Source: an uncultured Pseudomonadales bacterium (GTDB lineage Bacteria > Patescibacteriota > Microgenomatia > UBA1400 > PJMF01). From it: 64,000 bases of DNA. A program made the position numbers and the translations under genes. Of the stretch, positions 7,776 to 17,252 are shown piece after piece. The stretch's first letter is position 1. Every line of letters starts with the position of its first letter. The notes below the pieces were generated by a model. That model did no database searches and was not told where the DNA came from. It saw only the letters and a list, made by a program, of their open reading frames with translations. Location of the stretch: positions 11,317 to 75,316 of the forward strand of contig CAYUQY010000002.1 of the NCBI GenBank assembly GCA_964447075.1, written 5' to 3'.

Positions 7776-10397
7776 ATGTCCCTAAATTTCGTTCCCAAAT
7801 CTGGTGGTTCGTCAGGTAGTGATGATCAGAATGACGACTCCAAAAAAAATAAACCACTCAATCCAAACCAAGAAAAACCTAGTTCTAAATCCCAACTAGG
7901 ATCTCAACCAGCATCCTCGTCACCAGCGTCAGCCTCTGAAACCTCTTCTACCACAGCTCCTTCCTCACCAGCTGCTCCCTCCACAGCGTCTCCACCTATC
8001 ACCACGTCGCCATCTGAAGTAATTTTTGATCAAAAGGCACCTGTTATTGTGGAAGACCCGGAAGGACGGGTTTTCAAGCCATCTCCTCTGCAAATTCTGC
8101 CTATAGTTCCTATCAGAGAAGGAGTTTTGTTCCCTAGTACAGAGTCAGTTCTGACATTTGGGCGAACTTTAGCCATCCAAGCAATTCAAGCCAGCATGAA
8201 GCAAAAAAATCTAGTTATTCTCTTGGCTCAAAAAGAGTCAGGTGTTGACAGGCCGATTAAAAACGACCTCTATCAAGTCGGAACCCTTGCCACAATCGAG
8301 AGAACGCTCAATGTGGATGGTCAACTAAATGCCCTAGTAAGAGGTATTTCTCGAATTAAGATTGAAGATCTCATCACCGTAAAACCATTCTTAGTCGGAA
8401 CGTATAGAGAACTTAAAGATAATCTGCACAAAGACGAAGAGTTCCATATCCTGATGAGCCATCTCCAGAAAGAGTTCAAGAAGTCTGTCCACATGGGAAA
8501 GCCAGTGGAGTTTCTCAACTTCATGAAGCTCATGAGCGGCGTCAATGATAGTGAGTTAATTGACCAAATTGCCAGCACTCTCAACCTTAGTACTTCTGAA
8601 AAACAAGGTCTTTTAGAAACTCTGGATGTCAAAGATCGACTTAAGTCTGTCGTTAAGTTCTTGGATAAGGAAATCAATATTCTTGAGATCGAGAAAGATG
8701 TTGTCAGTAAAACCCAAGAAAAGTTTGATAAAAACATGAGAGAAAATATTCTTCGTGAGCGTCTGCGGACCATTCAGCAAGAGCTAGGTGAGATAGATGA
8801 CGAGGAAGAAGTTCTAGACGAGTATCAAAAAAAACTAAAGCACTCCAAACTTCCAGTTGAAGCTAGAGCCAAGGTTGTACGCGAAATAAAAAGACTTAAA
8901 CAGATGTCTGTCAATAATCCTGAGGGTGGCTACATCCGCTCCTGGCTTGATACCATCTTCGAGCTGCCATGGGGTAGTTACACCAAAGGGAACATCGACT
9001 TAAAAAAAGCTCTTCAAGTTCTAGACAAGCATCACTATGGACTCAAGGATGTTAAAGATAGAATTATCGAGTACATTGCAGTTCTCAAAATGAAGCAGAA
9101 ACAGCTGAAGCCTGGGCATATACCCACAATTCTATGTTTTGTGGGAGCTCCTGGGGTAGGTAAAACTAGCATTGGTAGATCGATAGCTGAAAGTTTGGGT
9201 AGAAAATTTGCCAAAATTTCCTTAGGTGGAGTACGTGACGAAGCTGAGATTAGAGGCCACAGAAGGACTTATGTAGGCGCAATGCCAGGTAGAATTATCA
9301 ACGGCATGAGGCAAGCCAAGAGTATGAACCCAGTCTTTATGCTCGATGAGATCGACAAGCTCGGCCAGGACTTTAGAGGAGATCCATCGGCAGCACTTTT
9401 GGAAGTCCTAGATCCTGAACAAAATCAACTTTTTGAGGATCACTACTTAGACATGCCTTTTGATCTTTCGAGAGTCATCTTTATCACCACCGCCAACACC
9501 CTAGATACAATTCCTCCAGCTCTTCTCGATCGTCTCGAAGTCATTCGTTACGCTGGGTATACACAAGATGAGAAGTTCCACATTGCCAAGGATCATCTTC
9601 TCGAAAAAGTTCGAAAAGCTAATGGTCTGTCTGGCAAGCATCTAGCCACTTCTGACCAAATCTTAAGCAAAATTATAGAGCGATACACCAAAGAAGCTGG
9701 CGTGCGTAATCTTGAGAGAGAGTTCAACAAAATCATGCGCAAGGTGGCCAGAGAGATCTCAGAAAGTAAACACAAAAGTGTCACTCTCACTTCGACGTCT
9801 CTCCAAAAGTATCTAGGACCAGAAAAATACGATACGACTCTTGCTGAAGAAAAAAGTGAGATCGGACTAGCCACAGGTCTAGCTTGGACCTCAGTTGGGG
9901 GCGATGTTTTATTCATTGAGGTCGCGCTCTCACCAGGTAAGGGCGATGTAAAGCTCACTGGCCAGCTTGGCGACGTCATGAAAGAGTCAGCTCAAGCCGC
10001 ACACACTTATGTACTGTCTCACGCAGCTTCACTTAAGATTCCACCTAACGTGCTCTCTAAAACAAACATTCATATCCATGTGCCAGAAGGCGCAGTCCCC
10101 AAAGACGGACCATCGGCCGGCATCACTATCTGCACTGCTATTATTTCAGCCTACACCAAAAGACCAGTTCGACGAGATGTAGCTATGACGGGCGAGATAA
10201 CGCTTAGAGGTAGAGTTATGCGCATTGGCGGATTAAAAGAGAAGAGCATTGCAGCCCATCAAGCAGGCATCAAAATTATCTTGATTCCCAAAGACAACTT
10301 GAGAGATTTGGTAGAAATTCCAGATGTTGTGAAGAAAGAAATTAAGTTTATCGGTGTTAGCAATGTTGAGGAAGTTCTAAAGATAGCTTTGACTTAA
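7776..10397 (+). CDS. lon: ATP-dependent Lon protease with N-terminal Ser/Pro/Thr-rich low-complexity extension
   Basis: Walker A GAPGVGKTS, the Lon AAA+ region (GHRRTYVGAMPG, FMLDEIDKL) and the C-terminal proteolytic domain with the catalytic Ser motif DGPSAGITI are present. The first ~90 residues are S/P/T/N-rich. Confidence 0.9.
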   Translation: MSLNFVPKSGGSSGSDDQNDDSKKNKPLNPNQEKPSSKSQLGSQPASSSPASASETSSTTAPSSPAAPSTASPPITTSPSEVIFDQKAPVIVEDPEGRVFKPSPLQILPIVPIREGVLFPSTESVLTFGRTLAIQAIQASMKQKNLVILLAQKESGVDRPIKNDLYQVGTLATIERTLNVDGQLNALVRGISRIKIEDLITVKPFLVGTYRELKDNLHKDEEFHILMSHLQKEFKKSVHMGKPVEFLNFMKLMSGVNDSELIDQIASTLNLSTSEKQGLLETLDVKDRLKSVVKFLDKEINILEIEKDVVSKTQEKFDKNMRENILRERLRTIQQELGEIDDEEEVLDEYQKKLKHSKLPVEARAKVVREIKRLKQMSVNNPEGGYIRSWLDTIFELPWGSYTKGNIDLKKALQVLDKHHYGLKDVKDRIIEYIAVLKMKQKQLKPGHIPTILCFVGAPGVGKTSIGRSIAESLGRKFAKISLGGVRDEAEIRGHRRTYVGAMPGRIINGMRQAKSMNPVFMLDEIDKLGQDFRGDPSAALLEVLDPEQNQLFEDHYLDMPFDLSRVIFITTANTLDTIPPALLDRLEVIRYAGYTQDEKFHIAKDHLLEKVRKANGLSGKHLATSDQILSKIIERYTKEAGVRNLEREFNKIMRKVAREISESKHKSVTLTSTSLQKYLGPEKYDTTLAEEKSEIGLATGLAWTSVGGDVLFIEVALSPGKGDVKLTGQLGDVMKESAQAAHTYVLSHAASLKIPPNVLSKTNIHIHVPEGAVPKDGPSAGITICTAIISAYTKRPVRRDVAMTGEITLRGRVMRIGGLKEKSIAAHQAGIKIILIPKDNLRDLVEIPDVVKKEIKFIGVSNVEEVLKIALT

Positions 10398-10431
10398 GGC
10401 TCCGAAGTTGCTTGGCTCTACTCTTGCACCC

Positions 10432-10791
10432 TTAAGAGCACTTTTCACACAGTCCAAAAATAGTAACGTGGTGATGGTCTACTTTAAAACCATTCAACTC
10501 TGTCGTGATGTTCAGCGCACATTCAATAGAGTTGACGGAGCCACAACTACTGCAGTAAAGATGATCATGGTGATCTGTTGTGACCTCATATCTGAGATCG
10601 TTTTGCTCAAAATTATGTCTACAGATCTTATGTTGAGCTTGAAGTAGATCAAGAGCTCTGTACATACTTGTCTTGTTGACTTTTCGACCTACTTTATGCA
10701 GCTGAATCAGTAATTCAGGCGCAGTCAACAGATGATGAGTCACTAGAAGTGACATGATGGCATCTCTCAAAAGTGAATGTCTCTGCGCCAT
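10432..10791 (-). CDS. Fur-family metal-responsive transcriptional regulator (Fur/Zur/PerR)
   Basis: An N-terminal winged-helix region, the HHDHLYCSSCGSV motif and a C-terminal HHVTIFGLCEKC (paired CxxC, structural Zn) are present, over 119 aa. Confidence 0.8.
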   Translation of the reverse strand: MAQRHSLLRDAIMSLLVTHHLLTAPELLIQLHKVGRKVNKTSMYRALDLLQAQHKICRHNFEQNDLRYEVTTDHHDHLYCSSCGSVNSIECALNITTELNGFKVDHHHVTIFGLCEKCS

Positions 10792-10810
10792 AGCTTAAAA
10801 ATATCCTTCC

Positions 10811-11674
10811 ATGGTGTACACTATATCAGCTATGCGACGATATCTGCTCGTATTGTTGTTGGTGACTTCTTTTCTCACCTCAGGCTGCTCAATTTTAGAC
10901 TGGAAAGCCAAGTCCGGTCTACAAGTGGTGACTAATGACGTGCGTTCTTCTGTTTTTTTGGATGGAGTTCTTCTTGATACTACACCTTACATCAACAAAG
11001 AAATAAAGCCTGGCGAGTACTTGCTTCAGATTCAGCCTGACGATCCTGAGTACGTTCCCTACTCCACAAGAATATCTCTCTACAATGGTTTTCTCACGGT
11101 AATTGCCTGGAAGCCAGGTAAAACACCTGAAACTAGTGGGGGAGTAACCTACGAGGCTGAGCCTCTACCAAATGGCAATAATACCAAGCTAACTCTAATC
11201 TCTATCCCCGATACAGCCATTGTTCAGATCGACAGTGCTCAGCGTGGCTTCACGCCTCTATCTCTTGAGGATCTCCTGCCAGAGCATCACGACTATCAGG
11301 TGGCTTTACCCAGTTATGAGACTCAAAAACATACTATCGACTTGATTAAGGGTTACCACACTCGCATCACCGTAAAGCTAGCCAAGGAAGAAGATCTCAA
11401 TAGTTTGGAGACTCAATCAACTCTTGGAAGCGATCAGAAGAGTCCGTCCCCATCCCTCAAGAAATTAAAAATTTTAAAAACTGGCTTGTTTCGCAATGCC
11501 AAAGAAGGAGTGAGGGTTCGAGAAATGCCTGATTCTTCATCTACTGAGCTCGACTTTGCCCTCACAGGAGATGTCTACAACCTTGTAGAAAGTTCTTCTG
11601 AAGGCTGGCATAAAATCCAGATCGAGGATCAAGAAGGCTGGATTTCTGGCAAATTTAGCGAGGTAGTGGAGTGA
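10811..11674 (+). CDS. Lipoprotein-like secreted protein with PEGA-like and C-terminal SH3b-like domains
   Basis: The signal peptide ends in a lipobox-like LTSGCS. PEGA-like beta-sandwich repeats and an SH3b-like tail (GVRVREMPDSSSTELDFALTGDVYNLV...GWHKIQIEDQEGWISGKF) follow. Confidence 0.45.
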   Translation: MVYTISAMRRYLLVLLLVTSFLTSGCSILDWKAKSGLQVVTNDVRSSVFLDGVLLDTTPYINKEIKPGEYLLQIQPDDPEYVPYSTRISLYNGFLTVIAWKPGKTPETSGGVTYEAEPLPNGNNTKLTLISIPDTAIVQIDSAQRGFTPLSLEDLLPEHHDYQVALPSYETQKHTIDLIKGYHTRITVKLAKEEDLNSLETQSTLGSDQKSPSPSLKKLKILKTGLFRNAKEGVRVREMPDSSSTELDFALTGDVYNLVESSSEGWHKIQIEDQEGWISGKFSEVVE

Positions 11675-13500
11675 GATTGAGTATTTTGAGATCACTACTG
11701 AATCAATTTTTCCAGCTTAAGTACCTGTCGCCACTCACCTACTTTGGTTGCTGGTTTTTCTTCATGAGACGCTATTGGCTACAAGCCATTCGTCTGGATG
11801 ATGCCGGAAACTTACTCGTTGATGGTCAGATCTGGGGCGACTTCGCAGCTCACTTTACCATGGGATCTATGCTTGCTTACCGTGATTTTTGGCCTCAGAG
11901 TAATCCTTTTTTACTTGGACAATTCTTTAACTATCCATTTTTAGTCAACTGGATCTCTGCCATGCTCATCAGAGTTGGAGTGCCATTTTTTTCTGCCTTC
12001 TGGATTCCTAGCTTGATATTTAGCTTGCTTCTAGTCATTGCTCTCTACTATTTTTTTTATAAAGTCTTTCGCTCACCAACCCTGGCAGCTCTCTCAGCCA
12101 CACTTTTTTTACTCAATGGTGGAGTAGGTGGAATTTTCTACCTTAACGAACTCTGGAAGAGCTCAAATTTAATCGAAGCTGCCTTAAATCCTAAACATTG
12201 GTACACCTCTCTGGACATAAATATCAACTGGATGCTCGTGACTAGAAGCTTATTTTTTCCCCAAAGAGCTCTAGCTCTCGGATTTCCCCTCACTCTTGGA
12301 GCCCTGATGATACTTTGGCACCAGATTATGGAAGGTTCTTTTACAAAGAAAAAAATAACTCTTTCCACAAAAACAGAAACCAGAGCTTCCAAATCAATAA
12401 ACTTAAAACAGTGGCCAGAAGTTTTAAAACTGCACAATTTTGTTCCTCTCCTGCTCGCTGGTGTGACTCTAGGATCACTTCCTATCATCCACATTCACTC
12501 CTTCCTGGCAGCTGGGGTGATCTGTACATCCTGGCTTGTCATCTCCCTTCTCACCACTAGAAAGAGATTCATCGGCTCCTGGCTAGTTCTAAGCTTGAGT
12601 GTTGCCCTGATAGCTGCTCCATTGCTGATAGTTTTCTTCTGGGGAAAAACTACCACCGAAATTCGATTACTTCCTGGCTGGCTAGCAAATGTTAAACATG
12701 AGAATTGGCTAGTGTATTGGTTTAAGAACTGGGGTCTCACACCTTACTTAGCTGCTGTAGGCCTAGCCCTTGCTTGGCGAAAACGTGATTGGCGCAGCAC
12801 TACACTTCTAGGACCATTCATTCTGCTTTTTATTCTGGCTAACTTACTTGTTTTTCAACCCTGGGACTGGGACAACACCAAGCTGTTTGCTTGGAGCTCA
12901 TTGGGGATTAGTGGCTTTGCTGTTTATGCCCTGAGCCAAGCTTGGCAAAGTACAAAAAAGATCAACAACACAAGTGAATCTAAAAAATCAAAGAGGGGTC
13001 TTTTTTTAAGAATATCTAGAGTAATCTACTCCAAACTGCTCCGGCTGATTATTCTGTTGCTGTTCATATCTCTAATTTTTACTGGACTCATAGACTCGCT
13101 TAAGATGCTAAGTAAGAAAGACCACAAGCATACCTTGTACAGTTCTGAAGAGCTTGGGTTAGCAGAGTGGGTCAAAAACAACACGCCCTCATCAGGAGTT
13201 TGGCTGACCAACACACGTCATAACAACTGGCTCTACAACCTCACGGGAAGGCAAGTCATCATGACCTATCCTGGCTGGCTGTGGAGCTATGGCTACAGCT
13301 ACCAAACTCAAGAGAAAGAAGTCGAGCTCATGCGTAAACAGCCACTGCAAAATCTTGAACTGCTGCGCAGCTACAAAGTAAAGTATGTAGTAATAGAAAA
13401 TGATATGATTAACTCTTGGGAAGATCCCAAACTTGCTCCAGCCTTACCGCTTATTAAGCTCAAACAAACTACAAATTACCAAATTTTACAGATAAATTAA
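11671..13500 (+). CDS. Polytopic membrane protein, probable GT-C-fold glycosyltransferase
   Basis: The protein has 609 aa with at least 10 predicted TM segments. It is the first of four consecutive GT-C-like membrane genes. It uses a GTG start overlapping the upstream stop. Confidence 0.4.
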   Translation: MRLSILRSLLNQFFQLKYLSPLTYFGCWFFFMRRYWLQAIRLDDAGNLLVDGQIWGDFAAHFTMGSMLAYRDFWPQSNPFLLGQFFNYPFLVNWISAMLIRVGVPFFSAFWIPSLIFSLLLVIALYYFFYKVFRSPTLAALSATLFLLNGGVGGIFYLNELWKSSNLIEAALNPKHWYTSLDININWMLVTRSLFFPQRALALGFPLTLGALMILWHQIMEGSFTKKKITLSTKTETRASKSINLKQWPEVLKLHNFVPLLLAGVTLGSLPIIHIHSFLAAGVICTSWLVISLLTTRKRFIGSWLVLSLSVALIAAPLLIVFFWGKTTTEIRLLPGWLANVKHENWLVYWFKNWGLTPYLAAVGLALAWRKRDWRSTTLLGPFILLFILANLLVFQPWDWDNTKLFAWSSLGISGFAVYALSQAWQSTKKINNTSESKKSKRGLFLRISRVIYSKLLRLIILLLFISLIFTGLIDSLKMLSKKDHKHTLYSSEELGLAEWVKNNTPSSGVWLTNTRHNNWLYNLTGRQVIMTYPGWLWSYGYSYQTQEKEVELMRKQPLQNLELLRSYKVKYVVIENDMINSWEDPKLAPALPLIKLKQTTNYQILQIN

Positions 13501-13506
13501 ATTTTC

Positions 13507-14751
13507 ATGCCCATGAAGTACTTTAGCCGCCTACTTTTATATCTCGCATTGGCAGCAATTGTCACGTTTGCCTTCAATCCTGCCTGGTCAGGTCATGCCA
13601 GCTACGATGTTTCAGTCTTTTACAGTCGAGCCCAACATTTTTTTAAAGAAGGTAGCTATGCGACTCTCAAATTTAATGAGTACCAACCTGGCGCCTTGCT
13701 TTACTTTGCCCTTCTTTCACCTGCGTTAAACATAATCAATTCTGGTGATTTTTTTCTAAAAGTTTTTATAGGTGTCAATGTGCTCCTCTGCATTCTTTAT
13801 GGAGAGGCTATTAATAAATATGCCGGCCACTGGGGTATTATCACTTACGCTCTCATAGTTATCTTTTCAGGACCCATCTTACTTTTTAGATTTGAGATGT
13901 TCTGTCACCTTCTCGTATTTGGCAGTATCTACTTCTGGCATCGCAAAAAACCTTATCTAAGTCTCTTTCTTCTGGGCTGGTCGATCATGACAAAAGTCTA
14001 CCCTGTTATCTTGATACCATACTTCTTGATGGTAGCTTGGCAGACATATCCTCTCAAAAAAATACTTAAAATTCTACTTTTCTCGCTTGGTAGCTTTCTA
14101 CTCTCAGTTGGAGCCTACTTCATTATTCTGAAGGACTCACCGGCGAGTATTATGAGTGGACTGGAAGTACAATCTAAAAAACCACTAACAATAGAAAGCG
14201 TGCCAGCTGTAGTAGCTTCTTCTATAAAATACTGGTCTACAGGAAAAATCGTTAAATTAGAAAGTTATCTAATGTGGGGAATATCTCAGGACGAACTACT
14301 AGGTGAAAGATGGATTTACAACGTTCTCTGGATAATCCCACTTTCAATTTTTTATCTCTGGCTTTCAAAGAAACAAAACTTAATAAAAAAGATGCATTTC
14401 AGTGTCATAGCCACCTTGATTACTTTGTTTCTGTTCTTCTCCAGTCAATTAGCACCACAGTACTTATTGTGGTTTGTACTATTCCTACCTCTTTTCATGA
14501 ACCAAGGGTCAAGTAAATACAAATGGCATAGGATCTGGTTGCTCATAACAACTCTGGTAATGCTGCTTACAGCGCAAGTTGTCTTTCCTATTTATTATAC
14601 TGAGCTAATTGAAGACTTCTTCAAAAACAATGGCAACCCAGATATCTTTTATATCTTAGTTATTAGAAACATATTACTTACTATGCTAGCTGTCTTCTTA
14701 ACATTCAACCAACATAAATTTTATAAGCAATATCTCAGTAGAGTGGTGTAA
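13507..14751 (+). CDS. Polytopic membrane protein (DUF2029/GT87-like mannosyltransferase-type), putative
   Basis: The protein has 414 aa and is hydrophobic throughout. The N-terminal FNEYQPGALLYF-type loop resembles membrane glycosyltransferases. Confidence 0.4.
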   Translation: MPMKYFSRLLLYLALAAIVTFAFNPAWSGHASYDVSVFYSRAQHFFKEGSYATLKFNEYQPGALLYFALLSPALNIINSGDFFLKVFIGVNVLLCILYGEAINKYAGHWGIITYALIVIFSGPILLFRFEMFCHLLVFGSIYFWHRKKPYLSLFLLGWSIMTKVYPVILIPYFLMVAWQTYPLKKILKILLFSLGSFLLSVGAYFIILKDSPASIMSGLEVQSKKPLTIESVPAVVASSIKYWSTGKIVKLESYLMWGISQDELLGERWIYNVLWIIPLSIFYLWLSKKQNLIKKMHFSVIATLITLFLFFSSQLAPQYLLWFVLFLPLFMNQGSSKYKWHRIWLLITTLVMLLTAQVVFPIYYTELIEDFFKNNGNPDIFYILVIRNILLTMLAVFLTFNQHKFYKQYLSRVV

Positions 14752-14760
14752 GGCGACGAT

Positions 14761-16464
14761 ATGAGACATCTCCTCTCTCATGTTGGACCTTATGCCTTAC
14801 TTTTCATACTTGGCTTCTCAATTCGCATAGCTTATATATCTATTCTGCCATATGGTCTTAATTGGGACGAAACATCCTATGCATATAATGCATACTCCGT
14901 AATGACTACTGGTAAGGATGAATGGGGGACTTCTTATCCAATACTTCTCAGATCCTTTGGTGACTTTAAACCTGCACTTTTGAGCTATCTTATTATTCCA
15001 TTTCTAAACATCTTTTCAGATTGGAATGTAGCAGCTAGGTTTCCAGTGATTCTACTAAATTCGCTTGCAGGCAAGGTACCCGTTTCTTAAACAATCTGTC
15101 TTTTCTGTCTGTTAATTAGTAGCTCTCTGTAAACGGCTGGTGGCATTTTTAGAGCAGTATGAATTCACTTTAGTAAATTAGCTATGGACCCTGGCTTCTC
15201 ATTTGCACTTCTTTCTATTGGAGTAGCTTTACTAAATTCAACTAAGTATTGGCTCAGGTTTGTCGGGACAGTATGCCTACTGGCTTCAATGTTTGCATAC
15301 AACTCTGAAAGAGCATTCATTCCAATATTTTTTCTCGTACTAGCTTTAGTTTATAAAAATTACATAGTCAAATATCTATCAAAAAATAAATTAGCTAGCT
15401 TTAGCTTCATCATAGGTTCTTTATTTCTACTATATACAACTTTCTTTGGATCGGCTGGGAGTCGCATGAGATCTACTTCCTTTTTGTTTTTACCACAAGA
15501 TAATTTTTCAAATCAAGGTAATTTGAATCTCGAGTCTCGTGCGATAGGAGGAGTTACTTTAGCTGTGAGAAGAATTGGAAAATTTGCACAAAACTACCTT
15601 TCCTATTTTCATCCTAAATTTTTGTTTTTTCCAAATGGGCATTCTCATGATTTACTTGGTTTCACAGAAAAAGAAAACATACTTTTAATTTTATTTCCAT
15701 TTTTTTTAATAGGAGCGTTTACTTGTATTCTAAATAAAAATGACTTGCACAAACGTAATCTATCTAAAATATTTATATTATGGCTTTTAATAGCTCCTAT
15801 TCCAGCCGCTCTTACAAACGATCTACTTCACCCTGGTCGTTCTCTGATAATGTTACCCCCAATTATTTTTCTTTGCACAGTTGGAATCAATAGAATAATA
15901 TCAATTACTTCCAATAAACCCCGCCAACAAGTTATTGCAGCAATGACTGTCGTCATCTTAAGTTTAAACTTTTTTAGTTATTACCTAAGTTACTATAGAA
16001 CTTACCCAGAAAAATCTGAACTCTCATTTCAAGGATACTTCCAGTCAATTGCAAAATGGTTAAAGCCTAGGTCTGAGAACTACTCTAAGGTAGTAGTTTC
16101 CCATAATAACCCAATTACTTTTTCCAATGAACTAATTTTTCTAGCATGGTATATGAAAATAGACCCCAGTATGGTTCAGAAAGATAGAACATTTAGCGAC
16201 ATTAATTACTTAGATAAATTCAATAATATTACCTCATCTAAGCCACTAGGCATGGAACCAATTTGTGCATTACTCAATGATGACACTCTAGTAATTTTGA
16301 GCAAAGGCGAATCAAATGAACTGAATACTATGCCTGTAAAAGAGTTTTTTAGTTATGAGAGATACGAAAAGCCAGAAGTTTTGCTCAGGGCTTATGAAAC
16401 AAATAATGTGCTTCAGTCGGATAAAGCTCTTATTAAAAATATGTACTGCGCCTTGTCAATCTAA
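14761..16464 (+). pseudogene. ArnT/PMT-like (GT39/GT83) membrane glycosyltransferase, split into two ORFs (14761-15090 and 15184-16464)
   Basis: The N-terminal fragment carries the GT-C DE/WDET loop (YGLNWDETSYAYNAYSV...TGKDEWGTSYP). The protein continues as a TM-rich ORF after an in-frame stop and a roughly 90-nt gap. The region is markedly AT-rich (some 60-nt lines are about 25% GC). Confidence 0.5.
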
Positions 16465-16484
16465 ATTTGACCCTCTATTTTTTG

Positions 16485-17201
16485 TTAAATATTGCAAAGC
16501 ATAACTAAATTTACAAACTCACCCACATCCAGCGAGGCTTCTCCCACTAAAACTCCATCGCTTACTTCCAGGTAGCTGTTTACATTTTTTGGTGTAGCAG
16601 AGCCGCCGTAGATCACTCGTGTTTTGGGCATGAGTTTTTTGATTCTCTCCACTATGGTTTTTACGTGTTTTGGATCGTCGCTTTGGCCTGATCCGATAGC
16701 TTCCAGTGGTTCATACGCCACTACGCACTTGGAGTAGCTCTGGGGGGAGATAGCCTTGAGTTGTTCTAGTAAGTAAGGCGTGTCTACACAGATTATAGGA
16801 GTGATGTCGTTGTCCAAGCACTGATCCACTTTTTGAGCCACCATCTGACTTGTCTCCCTAAAATACCTCCGTCTCTCGCTATGTCCCACAATTGCGTACT
16901 TAACATTAAAACCCTGCAAGTTGTAGGCAGAGACTCCACCAGTATACTTGCCAGCAGGATATGGACTAATGTCTTGCACACCTAACTTAGTGAATGATTT
17001 TAAAGCTGGATTAAGCAGTCGATTAGAGACGAACATAAGTGAGGGCATTGGTGGTGCGATCACAACCTCAACTTCTTTAGAAAGCTTGGAGTCTACTAGA
17101 CTCATGTCTGATCCCACGAGTTTCTCTTCATACTTATCCATCCAGTGCTCCACTTCTGAGCGATTTTTATTGGACTTCCAGTTGGCGACAATTAATTTCA
17201 T
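16485..17201 (-). CDS. tpiA: Triosephosphate isomerase
   Basis: ANWKSN, AIVGHSERR, PIICV, AYEPLEAIGSG and IYGGS are all present in the 238-aa product. Confidence 0.9.
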   Translation of the reverse strand: MKLIVANWKSNKNRSEVEHWMDKYEEKLVGSDMSLVDSKLSKEVEVVIAPPMPSLMFVSNRLLNPALKSFTKLGVQDISPYPAGKYTGGVSAYNLQGFNVKYAIVGHSERRRYFRETSQMVAQKVDQCLDNDITPIICVDTPYLLEQLKAISPQSYSKCVVAYEPLEAIGSGQSDDPKHVKTIVERIKKLMPKTRVIYGGSATPKNVNSYLEVSDGVLVGEASLDVGEFVNLVMLCNI

Positions 17202-17252
17202 ATTAGATGGAGTATCTCACGTAGAATTATTTTTTCCTACTCACTATCCTAG

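Noticed and set aside
8321-9979. Minus-strand ORFs of 150 aa and 128 aa inside lon
   Set aside because: Both are fully embedded antisense in a strongly supported Lon coding region and have no motifs.
10408-10647. 79-aa plus-strand ORF
   Set aside because: It is antisense to the Fur-family gene, which has clear motifs.
12138-12740. Several 80-120-aa ORFs on both strands inside the 11671-13500 membrane gene
   Set aside because: They are embedded or overlapping alternative frames of a long, hydrophobic, consistent ORF.
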